A stretch of DNA of 55,883 nt from Carpediemonas membranifera BICM (Eukaryota > Protista > Fornicata): the NCBI GenBank assembly GCA_019828565.1, contig JAHDYR010000019.1, forward strand, positions 1 to 55,883, written 5' to 3'. Below are positions 43,414 to 55,883 of the stretch, in pieces. Position 1 is the stretch's first letter; the number at the start of each line of letters is the position of its first letter. Made by a program: the position numbers and the translations under genes. The notes under the pieces are model-generated. The model was not told the DNA's origin. It did no database searches and saw nothing but the letters and a program-made list of their open reading frames with translations.

Positions 43414-46400
43414 TCGTTTATTGCCTTTTGGACGAACTGTATTGCGAGCGGCGAGGCGCAGCCGAGCTTCGCGAGCCTGAGCGCAGCGAAGACGTCACTC
43501 TAGTGGTCAGTATGTCGGGTTTGAGGCACTGCTCGCTCCGAAATCTCCCTTTCGACTCTCCACTCAGTCACAACGAACGCGAACGCGAATAACGCGCAGA
43601 TCACGCTCAAAGTACAGAAACAACATCAGTATTAGTGGTTGAGGCCATTAGCCTCAGCTTGACGGTGCGCAGCATCCGCCTGGCGCATGAACGCATGGAA
43701 CACATGAACTTGCTGCCGCATACAGGCCATCATGACCGCGTCGGCAATCTGCCCAACAGTTTCGGCATCAAGGCCCAAAACGTCGCGCATCTCATCGGTC
43801 CATCCTCTCCCATGCACAGCACCAACACCACCACTCTGGCGAACGACCACGGGAATAACCCGGACGTTCCAGTTGGCGTACTGCTCCTTCTTGCTCCGCA
43901 TAGATGCAGACGCGTGATTGCTCACCACTACGTCAAGCACAACGGGTTCGGTATGGCCCGGTCTGGTCAAGAGGAGGTCCGCCCGCGCCTTGACCCGTTT
44001 GGTCCGGTCCACAGTCCACTCGCTGCCCCGTCCGAGCCAATGCTCAACTCTTACGCGCCAGGGGTGCCCGCGCAGCAGTTTGGCGAGCGTGTCGCGAATT
44101 TGGTCGTGCCGCTCCGATCCCAGCCCCTCCCTCAGGAAGGGACAGGTAAGAGAATGCTCGGCTGAGCAGGGGACAGACCGGTGGTTAACACTACGGGCCA
44201 GGCATAGCGGACAGACGTCGTGGCCTGTCTCAAAGGCAGGAAGGCCGACATGGTTGCGAAGCATCGGTGCAGCACCCTCGTCACAGGGGTTACGACCCAT
44301 AGCGGCTGGATCAGCCGCGAGTAGAGACCTGATCACGTTTGGCGAGTCGACTGAAACAGTCAGTTGGCTGGAAATGTTATCCTGCAGGAGGCGTACCAAC
44401 TTCTTCTGCGTGCTCTCGAGTGAGAGCTTTCTGACATCGCCATATGATGTCGGCCAATCCTTGGGCGTCGCGGCGAGAGCCGGGATGCATGGCAGTGCGT
44501 CTTGGATGAGAGCCTCGGGCCTTTCGACCTTCAGCTCTATGAGTTGTCGTGCGGCACCCAGATAGGCTGGGGCCCACACAACAGAGGGCATGGCCAATCC
44601 GAGCCCGCCTTGACTGACCGGCAGACAGAGCCTTGCGGCGAAGTCCTTGTCAGTCTCTGCGCTGGACTGGAGCAGCTTCAGGATGGCGGGGACCACCTTC
44701 TGCTGTTCGAAGTCCAGTTGCGACTCGAACATGTCACCCCCGCCCGGCGAAACATTGCGGAAGAAGTGCTCCCACTTGGTGAGGGCACACAGTTTCGTCA
44801 CTAGGAGGGCAGGGGCGACGGCTTCCGCGCCAATGTCAGAGACCATCGATGCAGCAGCGTCAAGCAGCTCCATAACCTTGCGGTTAGCAGAGCCTAGCTC
44901 CCGCATGATGTGCGTGGCGGAGCCGATTGGAACACCAACCAGCTTGGTATCGCGTCTCCGTGGGACGCCACCAGTTGTGTTGCCGTCAACGACATCCTTA
45001 TGGGCTAGCACGCACTTGGCACGGTTGAGGCGGAGGCCAACCTCGTTGAACTTCTGAGCGGCGAGTTCTGTGAGATTGTTGGCCTCACGGCCGACCCCAG
45101 GCGACTGTAGCGGGCGGGTAGTGGTGGCTACAATGTCATCCTGGTAGGCACGGATGCACCACCCAGGGAAAGCCTCGCGCAAGACGTCCAGAATGGGCTT
45201 AACGCCTAAGCTGAAAAGAATTGGCGAGAGCGGGTCCCCTTGGTGAATGCCTTCAGCCGACCTCATGGTGATGCCGGAGGTAGAGAAAAGTAAGCCCCGT
45301 CGGTACATGGTCGACAGGTATGGGATGAGCGCCGGCATGTAGGCCGCCACCACCTTCATGGCGAAGGCCCTCGACAAGCATCCATAGGCGTTGGAAAGGT
45401 CGAGTGTGAGCACTGTACCGCCACTTCGGTAGACTGCACTCACCTCCTCTCCCAACCTCTCCAAGCCGCACTTCTCACCTACTCCGAACTGGTCCTTCAG
45501 GGCACGATCGACGTCAACCAGCCGCTTACGGACGGACCAGGCGAGTGCCTTTGCCGCCACACGGCGAATAGAGTCGCCGATCGCGACCCCTCGGACCTTC
45601 CCTTCACCTTTCGGCACAGGGACGAGAATGCAATGACTGAACACATCAGTGTAAGCTTCTCCGTTCAGGATGTCCTGAACCAGCGGGAGCAGAGCCTGGA
45701 CTAGTTCGCGCCTTGATGTCTTGTAGGCGATCTTCAGGTGAAGGAACGATAGCCCGGAGGGCCCCGGGGCCGCCTCAGACTTGAGTGTGTTGAGGATGGT
45801 CTTCAGAGTCTTAGAGGAAACTTCGACACACTGCAGGGGTTCTCAGGGACGTCTCGCATGGGGACGTCGGGACAAAGCCCGTTGAACCCAACCTGGAGGT
45901 CCCGCAGTTGAGCGTCGATTTCAGTCGGTGTCAGGTCAGTCTCATTGGCTACCATGGACGTGGCGGCCTTCGAGACAAAACCCGTGGCGAATCAGGTTCA
46001 GCGTCCGACGCCACTTGCTCGCGCTAGCGCGTCGTCCGCCTCGGTCCGACGGCGGTGCGTACAGCGTCTTGGGGTAGTCTACAACCTTAAGAGCCTCAGC
46101 CCGCTTGGCGTCGTCACCTGTCGCGTTGTTCACCTCCCTCAATCGTTCAATAAGGCCTCGTGTGAACTTCTCGCGCCCGCGCTTGGGCGGAGCGATCTTT
46201 CCGAGGAACAAGGCCTGACCCGGGGAAGGAAGACATCGGGTCGATGAGCAGGGGTAGTGGGAGGTGCTGATGGCGGGGTTAGGGGGAAACCAACCGCCGA
46301 AACGTGAGCTGCCGTGTCTGCCTGGACCTCTTCGTCAACAGGCTGCGATGACAGACCCTCGTCGTCCGTCGCGATCTCTACTGCAGAGGGAGGGACATTT

Positions 46401-46855
46401 GCAGCGGTCTCTGGACGCATAGCGTTGTCTCGTATCGTGCAGGCGATAATCGCAATGGACTTGGGGGCTGTGTTTGCAGAACGCAACGAAGTTGCCGTTG
46501 GCAGCGCCTGTGTGGTGATGCTGTGGGCCTTAAGGAGGTCCTTGAAGCTGTCAGCAATCGCCTTCAGGGCTTTCACGGTAAAGCGTACGATGTGTTTGTT
46601 CTGGACGTCGCGCATGAGCTCGACAACCGCAGTTTCAGAGCACAATGTGTTGAACACCGTGTCCGTATCACACCACAGTCTGTCAATTAGGCTTATGTCG
46701 ACGAACTTCGCGTAGGTGCTATGAACTTCGGTAAGAAGAGCACGAACATCCTCGGCGAAGACGCTTTCGCGCCATACGAGTCTCGTACGTCGTCGAGTCA
46801 CCATCTGGCCTCCAGGATCAGCCTGGGGGCACAGAAAATGACGACATTTCCATTT
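43414..46855 (-). mobile_element. Family A retrotransposon, full length (ORF 43632-46853, indels)
   Basis: Near-identical to 28809-32249. 12-mer on both sides. Confidence 0.92.
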
Positions 46856-46867
46856 CGGGAGGGAGCA

Positions 46868-49800
46868 AACTTTTATGTAATCAACGACAAACTGTCTAGC
46901 GAGCGGCGAGGCGCAGCCGAGCTTCGCGAGCCTGAGCGCAGCGAAGCAGTTTGAGGCTATGGGGTGCGTCGGGGTCCTCCGTCGCTCCATCCAGTGAGTC
47001 GCTGGCGAGTCAACAAAACCAACAAGAACACTCTGAAGCGCTCTGCACGAGCCGATTGCTACACCAATATCAGAATTGAGTAACAATTAGTGGGAGAGGC
47101 CCAAATCCTCTGCTGCAGCATGTGCTGCGTCGCATTGCTTGATGAACGCTGCATATGTGTGCACTTGCCCTCTCATGCACGCCAAGAAAGCGTTATCAGC
47201 CATCTCGCGGACCTGCTCAGCCTTAAGACCAAGTTCATCGCGCAAATCGTCCGTCCAGCCCCTTCCGTGCACTCTTCCAACGTCACCGTTGTGAAGCGTC
47301 ACCGCGGGTATGAGCTTGACGTCCCAGTTGGAGTACTGGGCGCGCTTGCTCGTCATGGCCTGAGACACGTGGTTGCTGACGACGTTGTCAATGACGATTG
47401 CCTTCACGCCAGGTTTCGTGAGGAGGATGTCCGCCCGCGCCTTCATAGGCTTGGTCCGGTCAATGGTCCACTCACTGGCCTTGTTCAACCACACCTCGGA
47501 CTGGACTCTCCAGCCATAACCCTTCAGGTCTCTCACCAGCCCGTCCTTGATAGCGTTGTGACGCTCGTCGTCCAGGCCTCCACGGAGGCATGGGCAGCAC
47601 AGGGTGTGAGTAGCGTTGCACACAACGGACTGGTGGTTCACGGTGCGTGCCCTGCAGAGAGGGCAGACGTCAAATCCGGGCGTGAATGTGGGGAGGCCCA
47701 GGTGATTGCGGAAGATGGGGGCAACAGCGGCATCGGTTACCGAGCGCCCAAGAGAGGTCGGGTCGACCATCATGAACGACCGAACGACGTTGGGCGAGAC
47801 GGCGGCACTCACAGAGAGCTTGGTGGCAATAGATTCCTCAACGAGGCGAACCAAGTTCTTCTGCGTGTGGTCGGCGTCAAGAGCCTTCACATCGTCCAAG
47901 CCACTAGGCCAGTTCGACGGCGTGTTGAGCTGGGGCGGGAGACACTTGATGGCACCCGTCACGCTGTCAGGTGAGCGTGTAACACCCAGCCCTGCCAGTT
48001 GTCTCGTGGCCGCGAGGAACGCGGGAGCCCACACGACTGATGGCATTGCCAGCGCAAGCCCGCGTCTTTCTACCGGCATACTCAGGCGGAGAGCAAAGTC
48101 GTCATCGACCTCAGCCTCGCTCGACAGGATTCGGAGGATGGCCGGGACCGCCTCTTTCTTCTCAAATCCGAGCTCAGCCTCGTAGAGACCGTTGCCGACT
48201 CCACCCGTTGCGGGGGGAACGTTACGGAAGAAGTGCTCCCACTTTGTGAGCGCACAATACTTCGCAATGATCAACGCAGGGGCAGTTGCCTCCGCCCCCT
48301 CCTTGGCCACCATCTCTCCGGCAGCGTTAAGGAGTTGCATCACGCGACTGTTGACCTTGGCCAACTCACCCATCGCATGAGCAGCGGACCCAACCGGAAC
48401 GCCCACGAGGTTTAGGCTGCGTCTTCTTGGGACGCCTCCCGAGGTGTTGCCGTCGGTAACGTCTCTGTGCGCCACAACGCACTTCGACTTGTTGAGCCGC
48501 AGGCCGACTTCGAGGAACTTCTCCCTCGCGATCTCGACAAGGTTGTTAGCCTCTCGGCCGACACCGGGCGTCTGCAAAGGCCGATCAGTCGTGGCGACTA
48601 GATCGTCTTGGTACGCTTGGAGGTGCCAACCCGGGAACGCCTCGCGCAGAACGTCCAGAATGGGCTTGATGCCCAGGCTGAACAGAATAGGGGACAGGGG
48701 ATCTCCTTGATGTATGCCCTCAGCTGACCTTATCACTCCTCCTGACGTGGAGAATAGGAGCCCTTGGCGATACATCGTAGACAGGTAGGGCATGAGAGCA
48801 GGCATGTAAGCGCGTACCACGTCGAACATGAACGCCCTAGATAGGCATCCATAAGCGTTCGATAAGTCGAGGGAGACAACAGTCCCTCCCTCCTCGTAGA
48901 CCCTGGTCACGCTGTCACTCAGCCTCTCCAGGCCGCACTTCTCCCCCACCCCATACTGATCCTTGAGGGTCCGGTCGACGTCGACCAGGCGGGCCCTCAC
49001 AGCCCAGGCGAGAGCCTTCGCCGCAACCCGCCGAAGCGAGTCCCCGATGGCCACTCCTCGGATCTTCCCGGCCCCTTGGGGACCGGGACAATGATGCAGT
49101 GGCTCAATACCGCGGTGTAGGTCTCGCCGTTCAGGATGTCCTGTACGATCGGCATCAATGCGGCGATGAGGTCATGTCTGGCCACCTTCGCTGCTATTCT
49201 GATATGGAGGAAGGACAAGCCCGACGGCCCTGGGGCCGCCTCGGCCTTTAGAGCGTGTAGTACAGTCTTGAGGGTCCCTAGCGGACACCTCAACTGACTG
49301 CAGTGGCTCTGCGGGGACGTCCTTAAACGGAACATCTGGGCGCAGGCCACTGTAATCCTCCTGCAGTCTCTTCAGCTCTACATCCACCTCCTGTGGTGAC
49401 AGGCCCGCATCCTCAGCTACCAGCGCAGTGGCTGCCTTGGACACGAACCCGTGGCGAACCAGTCGCATCACCTTACGCCACTTGGACGGGCGGCGCTTGG
49501 GGCCTTTCGATGCAACCGGCGGTGCGTACAGCGCCTTCGGGTACTCGAGTACCGTCCTCAGGGCCGCGCGCTTCTCGTCCTCGCTCTCCACGAGGGCCAC
49601 CCGCTTGAGCTTCTCGATCAGGCCTCTGGCGAATTTCTCGCGTCCCCTCTTGGGGGAGCGATCTTGCCAAGGAAGAGAGCCTGTCCCGGTGGTAGGAACA
49701 CGTCGGGTCGATGGGCTGGGTGAGCGGGAGGGGCAGTCGGGGGGCTTGCGGTGAAGCCCACCGCGGTGACGTGCGCTGCTGCGCTCGGCTGCGATGACAG

Positions 49801-50300
49801 CTGGCTACCAGGGGCGTGGACCTCTTCGACAGATGGAAGGAGACTGGCAGGGTCGTTGTTGCCCATCACGTTTCTCCTGATCTCTCGGAAGAATTCGGCC
49901 GCCACCGACGGAGCTGTTTTGGCAGAACGCAGCGGTGTTGCTTTGGGAGTACTGCTAAGAGTAACACCCGCCGCGTCTAAGAGCCGCTTGAATGAATCTA
50001 CGATGTCCTTCAGTGCTCTCACCGTCAAACGCACAATCTTCTTGTTGTTCACGTCCTTCATCAGCTCGACGATGGCCGCTTCGGAGCACAGCGTATCAAA
50101 CACTGTCTCTACATTGCACCAACGTGCGTCAATGAACTCAGCATTGACGAATTTCGCGTAGTCGGTACGAACAGTCTGCAGCAGAAGCTGTACGTCCCGA
50201 GCAAGCGCGTTTTCGCGCCAATCGGACGTTATGGAAACTCTCATCGCCATCTGGCCTCCAGGATCAGCCTGGGGCGCAGAAAATGACGACATTTCCATTT
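46868..50300 (-). mobile_element. Family B retrotransposon, full length (ORF 47087-50298, indels)
   Basis: Near-identical to 32262-35696. 12-mer on both sides. Confidence 0.92.
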
Positions 50301-50312
50301 CGGGAGGGAGCA

Positions 50313-53300
50313 TCGTTTATTGCCTTTTGGACGAACTGTATTGCGAGCGGCGAGGCGCAGCCGAGCTTCGCGAGCCTGAGCGCAGCGAAGACGTCACTCT
50401 AGTGGTCAGTATGTCGGGTTTGAGGCACTGCTCGCTCCGAAATCTCCCTTTCGACTCTCCACTCAGTCACAACGAACGCGAACGCGAATAACGCGCAGAT
50501 CACGCTCAAAGTACAGAAACAACATCAGTATTAGTGGTTGAGGCCATTAGCCTCAGCTTGACGGTGCACAGCATCCGCCTGGCGCATGAACGCATGGAAC
50601 ACATGAACTTGCTGCCGCATACAGGCCATCATGACCGCGTCGGCAATCTGCCCAACAGTTTCGGCATCAAGGCCCAAAACGTCGCGCATCTCGTCGGTCC
50701 ATCCTCTCCCATGCACAGCACCAACACCACCACTCTGGCGAACGACCACGGGAATAACCCGGACGTTCCAGTTGGCGTACTGCTCCTTCTTGCTCCGCAT
50801 AGATGCAGACGCGTGATTGCTCACCACTACGTCAAGCACAACGGGTTCGGTATGGCCCGGTCTGGTCAAGAGGAGGTCCGCCCGCGCCTTGACCCGTTTG
50901 GTCCGGTCCACAGTCCACTCGCTGCCCCGTCCGAGCCAATGCTCAACTCTTACGCGCCAGGGGTGCCCGCGCAGCAGTTTGGCGAGCGTGTCGCGTATTT
51001 GGTCGTGCCGCTCCGATCCCAGCCCCTCCCCTCAGGAAGGGACAGGTAAGAGAATGCTCGGCTGAGCAGGGGACAGACCGGTGGTTAACACTACGGGCCA
51101 GGCATAGCGGACAGACGTCGTGGCCTGTCTCAAAGGCAGGAAGGCCGACATGGTTGCGAAGCATCGGTGCAGCACCCTCGTCACAGGGGTTACGACCCAT
51201 AGCGGCTGGATCAGCCGCGAGTAGAGACCTGATCACGTTTGGCGAGTCGACTGAAACAGTCAGTTGGCTGGAAATGTTATCCTGCAGGAGGCGTACCAAC
51301 TTCTTCTGCGTGCTCTCGAGTGAGAGCTTTCTGACATCGCCATATGATGTCGGCCAATCCTTGGGCGTCGCGGCGAGAGCCGGGATGCATGGCAGTGCGT
51401 CTTGGATGAGAGCCTCGGGCCTTTCGACCTTCAGCTCTATGAGTTGTCGTGCGGCACCCAGATAGGCTGGGGCCCACACAACAGAGGGCATGGCCAATCC
51501 GAGCCCGCCTTGACTGACCGGCAGACAGAGCCTTGCGGCGAAGTCCTTGTCAGTCTCTGCGCTGGACTGGAGCAGCTTCAGGATGGCGGGGACCACCTTC
51601 TGCTGTTCGAAGTCCAGTTGCGACTCGAACATGTCACCCCCGCCCGGCGAAACATTGCGGAAGAAGTGCTCCCACTTGGTGAGGGCACACAGTTTCGTCA
51701 CTAGGAGGGCAGGGGCGACGGCTTCCGCGCCAATGTCAGAGACCATCGATGCAGCAGCGTCAAGCAGCTCCATAACCTTGCGGTTAGCAGAGCCTAGCTC
51801 CCGCATGATGTGCGTGGCGGAGCCGATTGGAACACCAACCAGCTTGGTATCGCGTCTCCGTGGGACGCCACCAGTTGTGTTGCCGTCAACGACATCCTTA
51901 TGGGCTAGCACGCACTTGGCACGGTTGAGGCGGAGGCCAACCTCGTTGAACTTCTGAGCGGCGAGTTCTGTGAGATTGTTGGCCTCACGGCCGACCCCAG
52001 GCGACTGTAGCGGGCGGGTAGTGGTGGCTACAATGTCATCCTGGTAGGCACGGATGCACCACCCAGGGAAAGCCTCGCGCAAGACGTCCAGAATGGGCTT
52101 AACGCCTAAGCTGAAAAGAATTGGCGAGAGCGGGTCCCCTTGGTGAATGCCTTCAGCCGACCTCATGGTGATGCCGGAGGTAGAGAAAAGTAAGCCCCGT
52201 CGGTACATGGTCGACAGGTATGGGATGAGCGCCGGCATGTAGGCCGCCACCACCTTCATGGCGAAGGCCCTCGACAAGCATCCATAGGCGTTGGAAAGGT
52301 CGAGTGTGAGCACTGTACCGCCACTTCGGTAGACTGCACTCACCTCCTCTCCCAACCTCTCCAAGCCGCACTTCTCACCTACTCCGAACTGGTCCTTCAG
52401 GGCACGATCGACGTCAACCAGCCGCTTACGGACGGACCAGGCGAGTGCCTTTGCCGCCACACGGCGAATAGAGTCGCCGATCGCGACCCCTCGGACCTTC
52501 CCTTCACCTTTCGGCACAGGGACGAGAATGCAATGACTGAACACATCAGTGTAAGCTTCTCCGTTCAGGATGTCCTGAACCAGCGGGAGCAGAGCCTGGA
52601 CTAGTTCGCGCCTTGATGTCTTGTAGGCGATCTTCAGGTGAAGGAACGATAGCCCGGAGGGCCCCGGGGCCGCCTCAGACTTGAGTGTGTTGAGGATGGT
52701 CTTCAGAGTCTTAGAGGAAACTTCGACACACTGCAGGGGGTTCTCGGGGACGTCTCGCATGGGGACGTCGGGACAAAGCCCGTTGAACCCAACCTGGAGG
52801 TCCCGCAGTTGAGCGTCGATTTCAGTCGGTGTCAGGTCAGTCTCATTGGCTACCATGGACGTGGCGGCCTTCGAGACAAACCCGTGGCGAATCAGGTTCA
52901 GCGTCCGACGCCACTTGCTCGCGCTAGCGCGTCGTCCGCCCTCGGTCCGACGGCGGTGCGTACAGCGTCTTGGGGTAGTCTACAACCTTAAGAGCCTCAG
53001 CCCGCTTGGCGTCGTCACCTGTCGCGTTGTTCACCTCCCTCAATCGTTCAATAAGGCCTCGTGTCGAACTTCTCGCGCCCGCGCTTGGGCGGAGCGATCT
53101 TTCCGAGGAACAAGGCCTGACCCGGGGAAGGAAGACATCGGGTCGATGAGCAGGGGTAGTGGGAGGTGCTGATGGCGGGGTTAGGGGAAACCAACCGCCA
53201 GAAACGTGAGCTGCCGTGTCTGCCTGGACCTCTTCGTCAACAGGCTGCGATGACAGACCCTCGTCGTCCGTCGCGATCTCTACTGCAGAGGGAGGGACAT

Positions 53301-53756
53301 TTGTAGCGGTCTCTGGACGCATAGCGTTGTCTCGTATCGTGCAGGCGATAATCGCAATGGACTTGGGGGCTGTGTTTGCAGAACGCAACGAAGTTGCCGT
53401 TGGCAGCGCCTGTGTAGTGATGCTGTGGGCCTTAAGGAGGTCCTTGAAGCTGTCAGCAATCGCCTTCAGGGCTTTCACGGTAAAGCGTACGATGTGTTTG
53501 TTCTGGACGTCGCGCATGAGCTCGACAACCGCAGTTTCAGAGCACAATGTGTTGAACACCGTGTCCGTATCACACCACAGTCTGTCAATTAGGCTTATGT
53601 CGACGAACTTCGCGTAGGTGCTATGAACTTCGGTAAGAAGAGCACGAACATCCTCGGCGAAGACGCTTTCGCGCCATACGAGTCTCGTACGTCGTCGAGT
53701 CACCATCTGGCCTCCAGGATCAGCCTGGGGCACAGAAAATGACGACATTTCCATTT
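50313..53756 (-). mobile_element. Family A retrotransposon, full length (ORF 50531-53754, indels)
   Basis: Near-identical to 28809-32249. 12-mer on both sides. Confidence 0.92.
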
Positions 53757-53768
53757 CGGGAGGGAGCA

Positions 53769-55883
53769 AACTTTTTATGTAATCAACGACAAACTGTCTA
53801 GCGAGCGGCGAGGCGCAGCCGAGCTTCGCGAGCCTGAGCGCAGCGAAGCAGTTTGAGGCTATGGGGTGCGTCGGGGTCCTCCGTCGCTCCATCCAGTGAG
53901 TCGCTGGCGAGTCAACAAAACCAACAAGAACACTCTGAAGCGCTCTGCACGAGCCGATTGCTACACCAATATCAGAATTGAGTAACAATTAGTGGGAGAG
54001 GCCCAAATCCTCTGCTGCAGCATGTGCTGCGTCGCATTGCTTGATGAACGCTGCATATGTGTGCACTTGCCCTCTCATGCACGCCAAGAAAGCGTTATCA
54101 GCCATCTCGCGGACCTGCTCAGCCTTAAGACCAAGTTCATCGCGCAAATCGTCCGTCCAGCCCCTTCCGTGCACTCTTCCAACGTCACCGTTGTGAAGCG
54201 TCACCGCGGGTATGAGCTTGACGTCCCAGTTGGAGTACTGGGCGCGCTTGCTCGTCATGGCCTGAGACACGTGGTTGCTGACGACGTTGTCAATGACGAT
54301 TGCCTTCACGCCAGGTTTCGTGAGGAGGATGTCCGCCCGCGCCTTCATAGGCTTGGTCCGGTCAATGGTCCACTCACTGGCCTTGTTCAACCACACCTCG
54401 GACTGGACTCTCCAGCCATAACCCTTCAGGTCTCTCACCAGCCCGTCCTTGATAGCGTTGTGACGCTCGTCGTCCAGGCCTCCACGGAGGCATGGGCAGC
54501 ACAGGGTGTGAGTAGCGTTGCACACAACGGACTGGTGGTTCACGGTGCGTGCCCTGCAGAGAGGGCAGACGTCAAATCCGGGCGTGAATGTGGGGAGGCC
54601 CAGGTGATTGCGGAAGATGGGGGCAACAGCGGCATCGGTTACCGAGCGCCCAAGAGAGGTCGGGTCGACCATCATGAACGACCGAACGACGTTGGGCGAG
54701 ACGGCGGCACTCACAGAGAGCTTGGTGGCAATAGATTCCTCAACGAGGCGAACCAAGTTCTTCTGCGTGGTCGGCGTCAAGAGCCTTCACATCGTCCAAG
54801 CCACTAGGCCAGTTCGACGGCGTGTTGAGCTGGGGCGGGAGACACTTGATGGCACCCGTCACGCTGTCAGGTGAGCGTGTAACACCCAGCCCTGCCAGTT
54901 GTCTCGTGGCCGCGAGGAACGCGCGGGGAGCCCACGACTGATGGCATTGCCAGCGCAAGCCCGCGTCTTTCTACCGGCATACTCAGGCGGAGAGCAAAGT
55001 CGTCATCGACCTCAGCCTCGCTCGACAGGATTCGGAGGATGGCCGGGACCGCCTCTTTCTTCTCAAATCCGAGCTCAGCCTCGTAGAGACCGTTGCCGAC
55101 TCCACCCGTTGCGGGGGGAACGTTACGGAAGAAGTGCTCCCCACTTTGTGAGCGCACAATACTTCGCAATGATCAACGCAGGGGCAGTTGCCTCCGGCCC
55201 CTCCCCAGCCACCATCTCTCCGGCAGCGTTAAGGGAGTTGCATCACGCGACTGTTGACCTTGGCCAACTCACCCATCGCATGAGCAGCGGACCCAACCGG
55301 AACGCCCACGAGGTTTAGGCTGCGTCTTCTTGGGACGCCTCGAGGTGTTGCCGTCGGTAACGTCTCTGTGCGCCACAACGCACTTCGACTTGTTGAGCCG
55401 CAGGCCGACTTCGAGGAACTTCTCCCTCGCGATCTCGACAAGGTTGTTAGCCTCGGCCGACACCGGGCGTCTGCAAAGGCCGATCAGTCGTGGCGACTAG
55501 ATCGTCTTGGTACGCTTGGAGGTGCCAACCCGGGAACGCCTCGCGCAGAACGTCCAGAATGGGCTTGATGCCCAGGCTGAACAGAATAGGGGACAGGGGA
55601 TCTCCTTGATGTATGCCCTCAGCTGACCTTATCACTCCCTCCTGACGTGGAGAATAGAGAGCCCTTGGCGATACATCGTAGACAGGTAGGGCATGAGAGC
55701 AGGCATGTAAGCGTACCACGTCGAACATGAACGCCCTAGATAGGCATCCATAAGCGTTCGATAAGTCGAGGGAGACAACAGTTCCTCCCTCCTCGTAGAC
55801 CCTGGTCACGCTGTCACTCAGCCTCTCCAGGCCGCACTTCTCTACATGCTTACTGATCGCTCGCGGGTCCGGTCGACGTCGAC
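53769..55883 (-). mobile_element. Family B retrotransposon, runs off window end
   Basis: RT-to-RLE portion and 3' UTR of family B, error-rich. Confidence 0.9.

Noticed and set aside
28797-53768. 12-mer as an LTR-type tRNA primer-binding site or CRISPR-like repeat
   Set aside because: It lacks the TGG complement of CCA, there are no LTRs or integrase, the spacers are whole elements, and it flanks a truncated copy as a TSD would.
30606-55568. Numerous antisense/overlapping ORFs of 60-300 aa within retroelements and cargo genes
   Set aside because: Shadow frames of GC-rich coding sequence, repeated only because the elements repeat, with no motifs.
28809-55883. Frameshifts in retrotransposon ORFs as programmed frameshifting or true pseudogenisation
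   Set aside because: They fall mostly in homopolymer runs and at different positions in near-identical copies, typical of long-read indel error.

Overview
Eukaryotic, gene-dense, protist-like DNA (tRNA-Thr(AGT), a probable 29-nt spliceosomal intron, stop codons embedded in (AG)TAAA), almost entirely mobile, with long-read-type indel errors, worst at both window ends. LEFT (1-27758): two related cargo-carrying DNA transposon-like units bounded by a 49-bp terminal repeat (partial at 1; full at 13963-14011 and 27710-27758), with 6.7-kb inverted arms (1-6764 vs 21047-27753). Each unit encodes a Transib/RAG1/Chapaev-like DDE transposase. Cargo: Ser/Thr kinase, PHD-finger protein, caspase/CHAT-fold protease, SET methyltransferase, GNAT acetyltransferase and coiled-coil proteins. 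RIGHT (28708-55883): two convergent head-to-tail arrays of two families (A, B) of ~3.4-kb CRE-clade non-LTR retrotransposons (RT + CCHC + RLE). Every intact element-to-element junction carries the same 12-mer, which is exactly the last 12 nt of an intact tRNA-Thr(AGT) gene at 43197-43269 anchoring the right array. This indicates a tRNA-3'-end-targeting, tRNA-preserving retrotransposon system. Between the arrays lie DIRS/PAT-like tyrosine-recombinase retrotransposon remnants. All family calls come from motif recognition by eye, not database searches.
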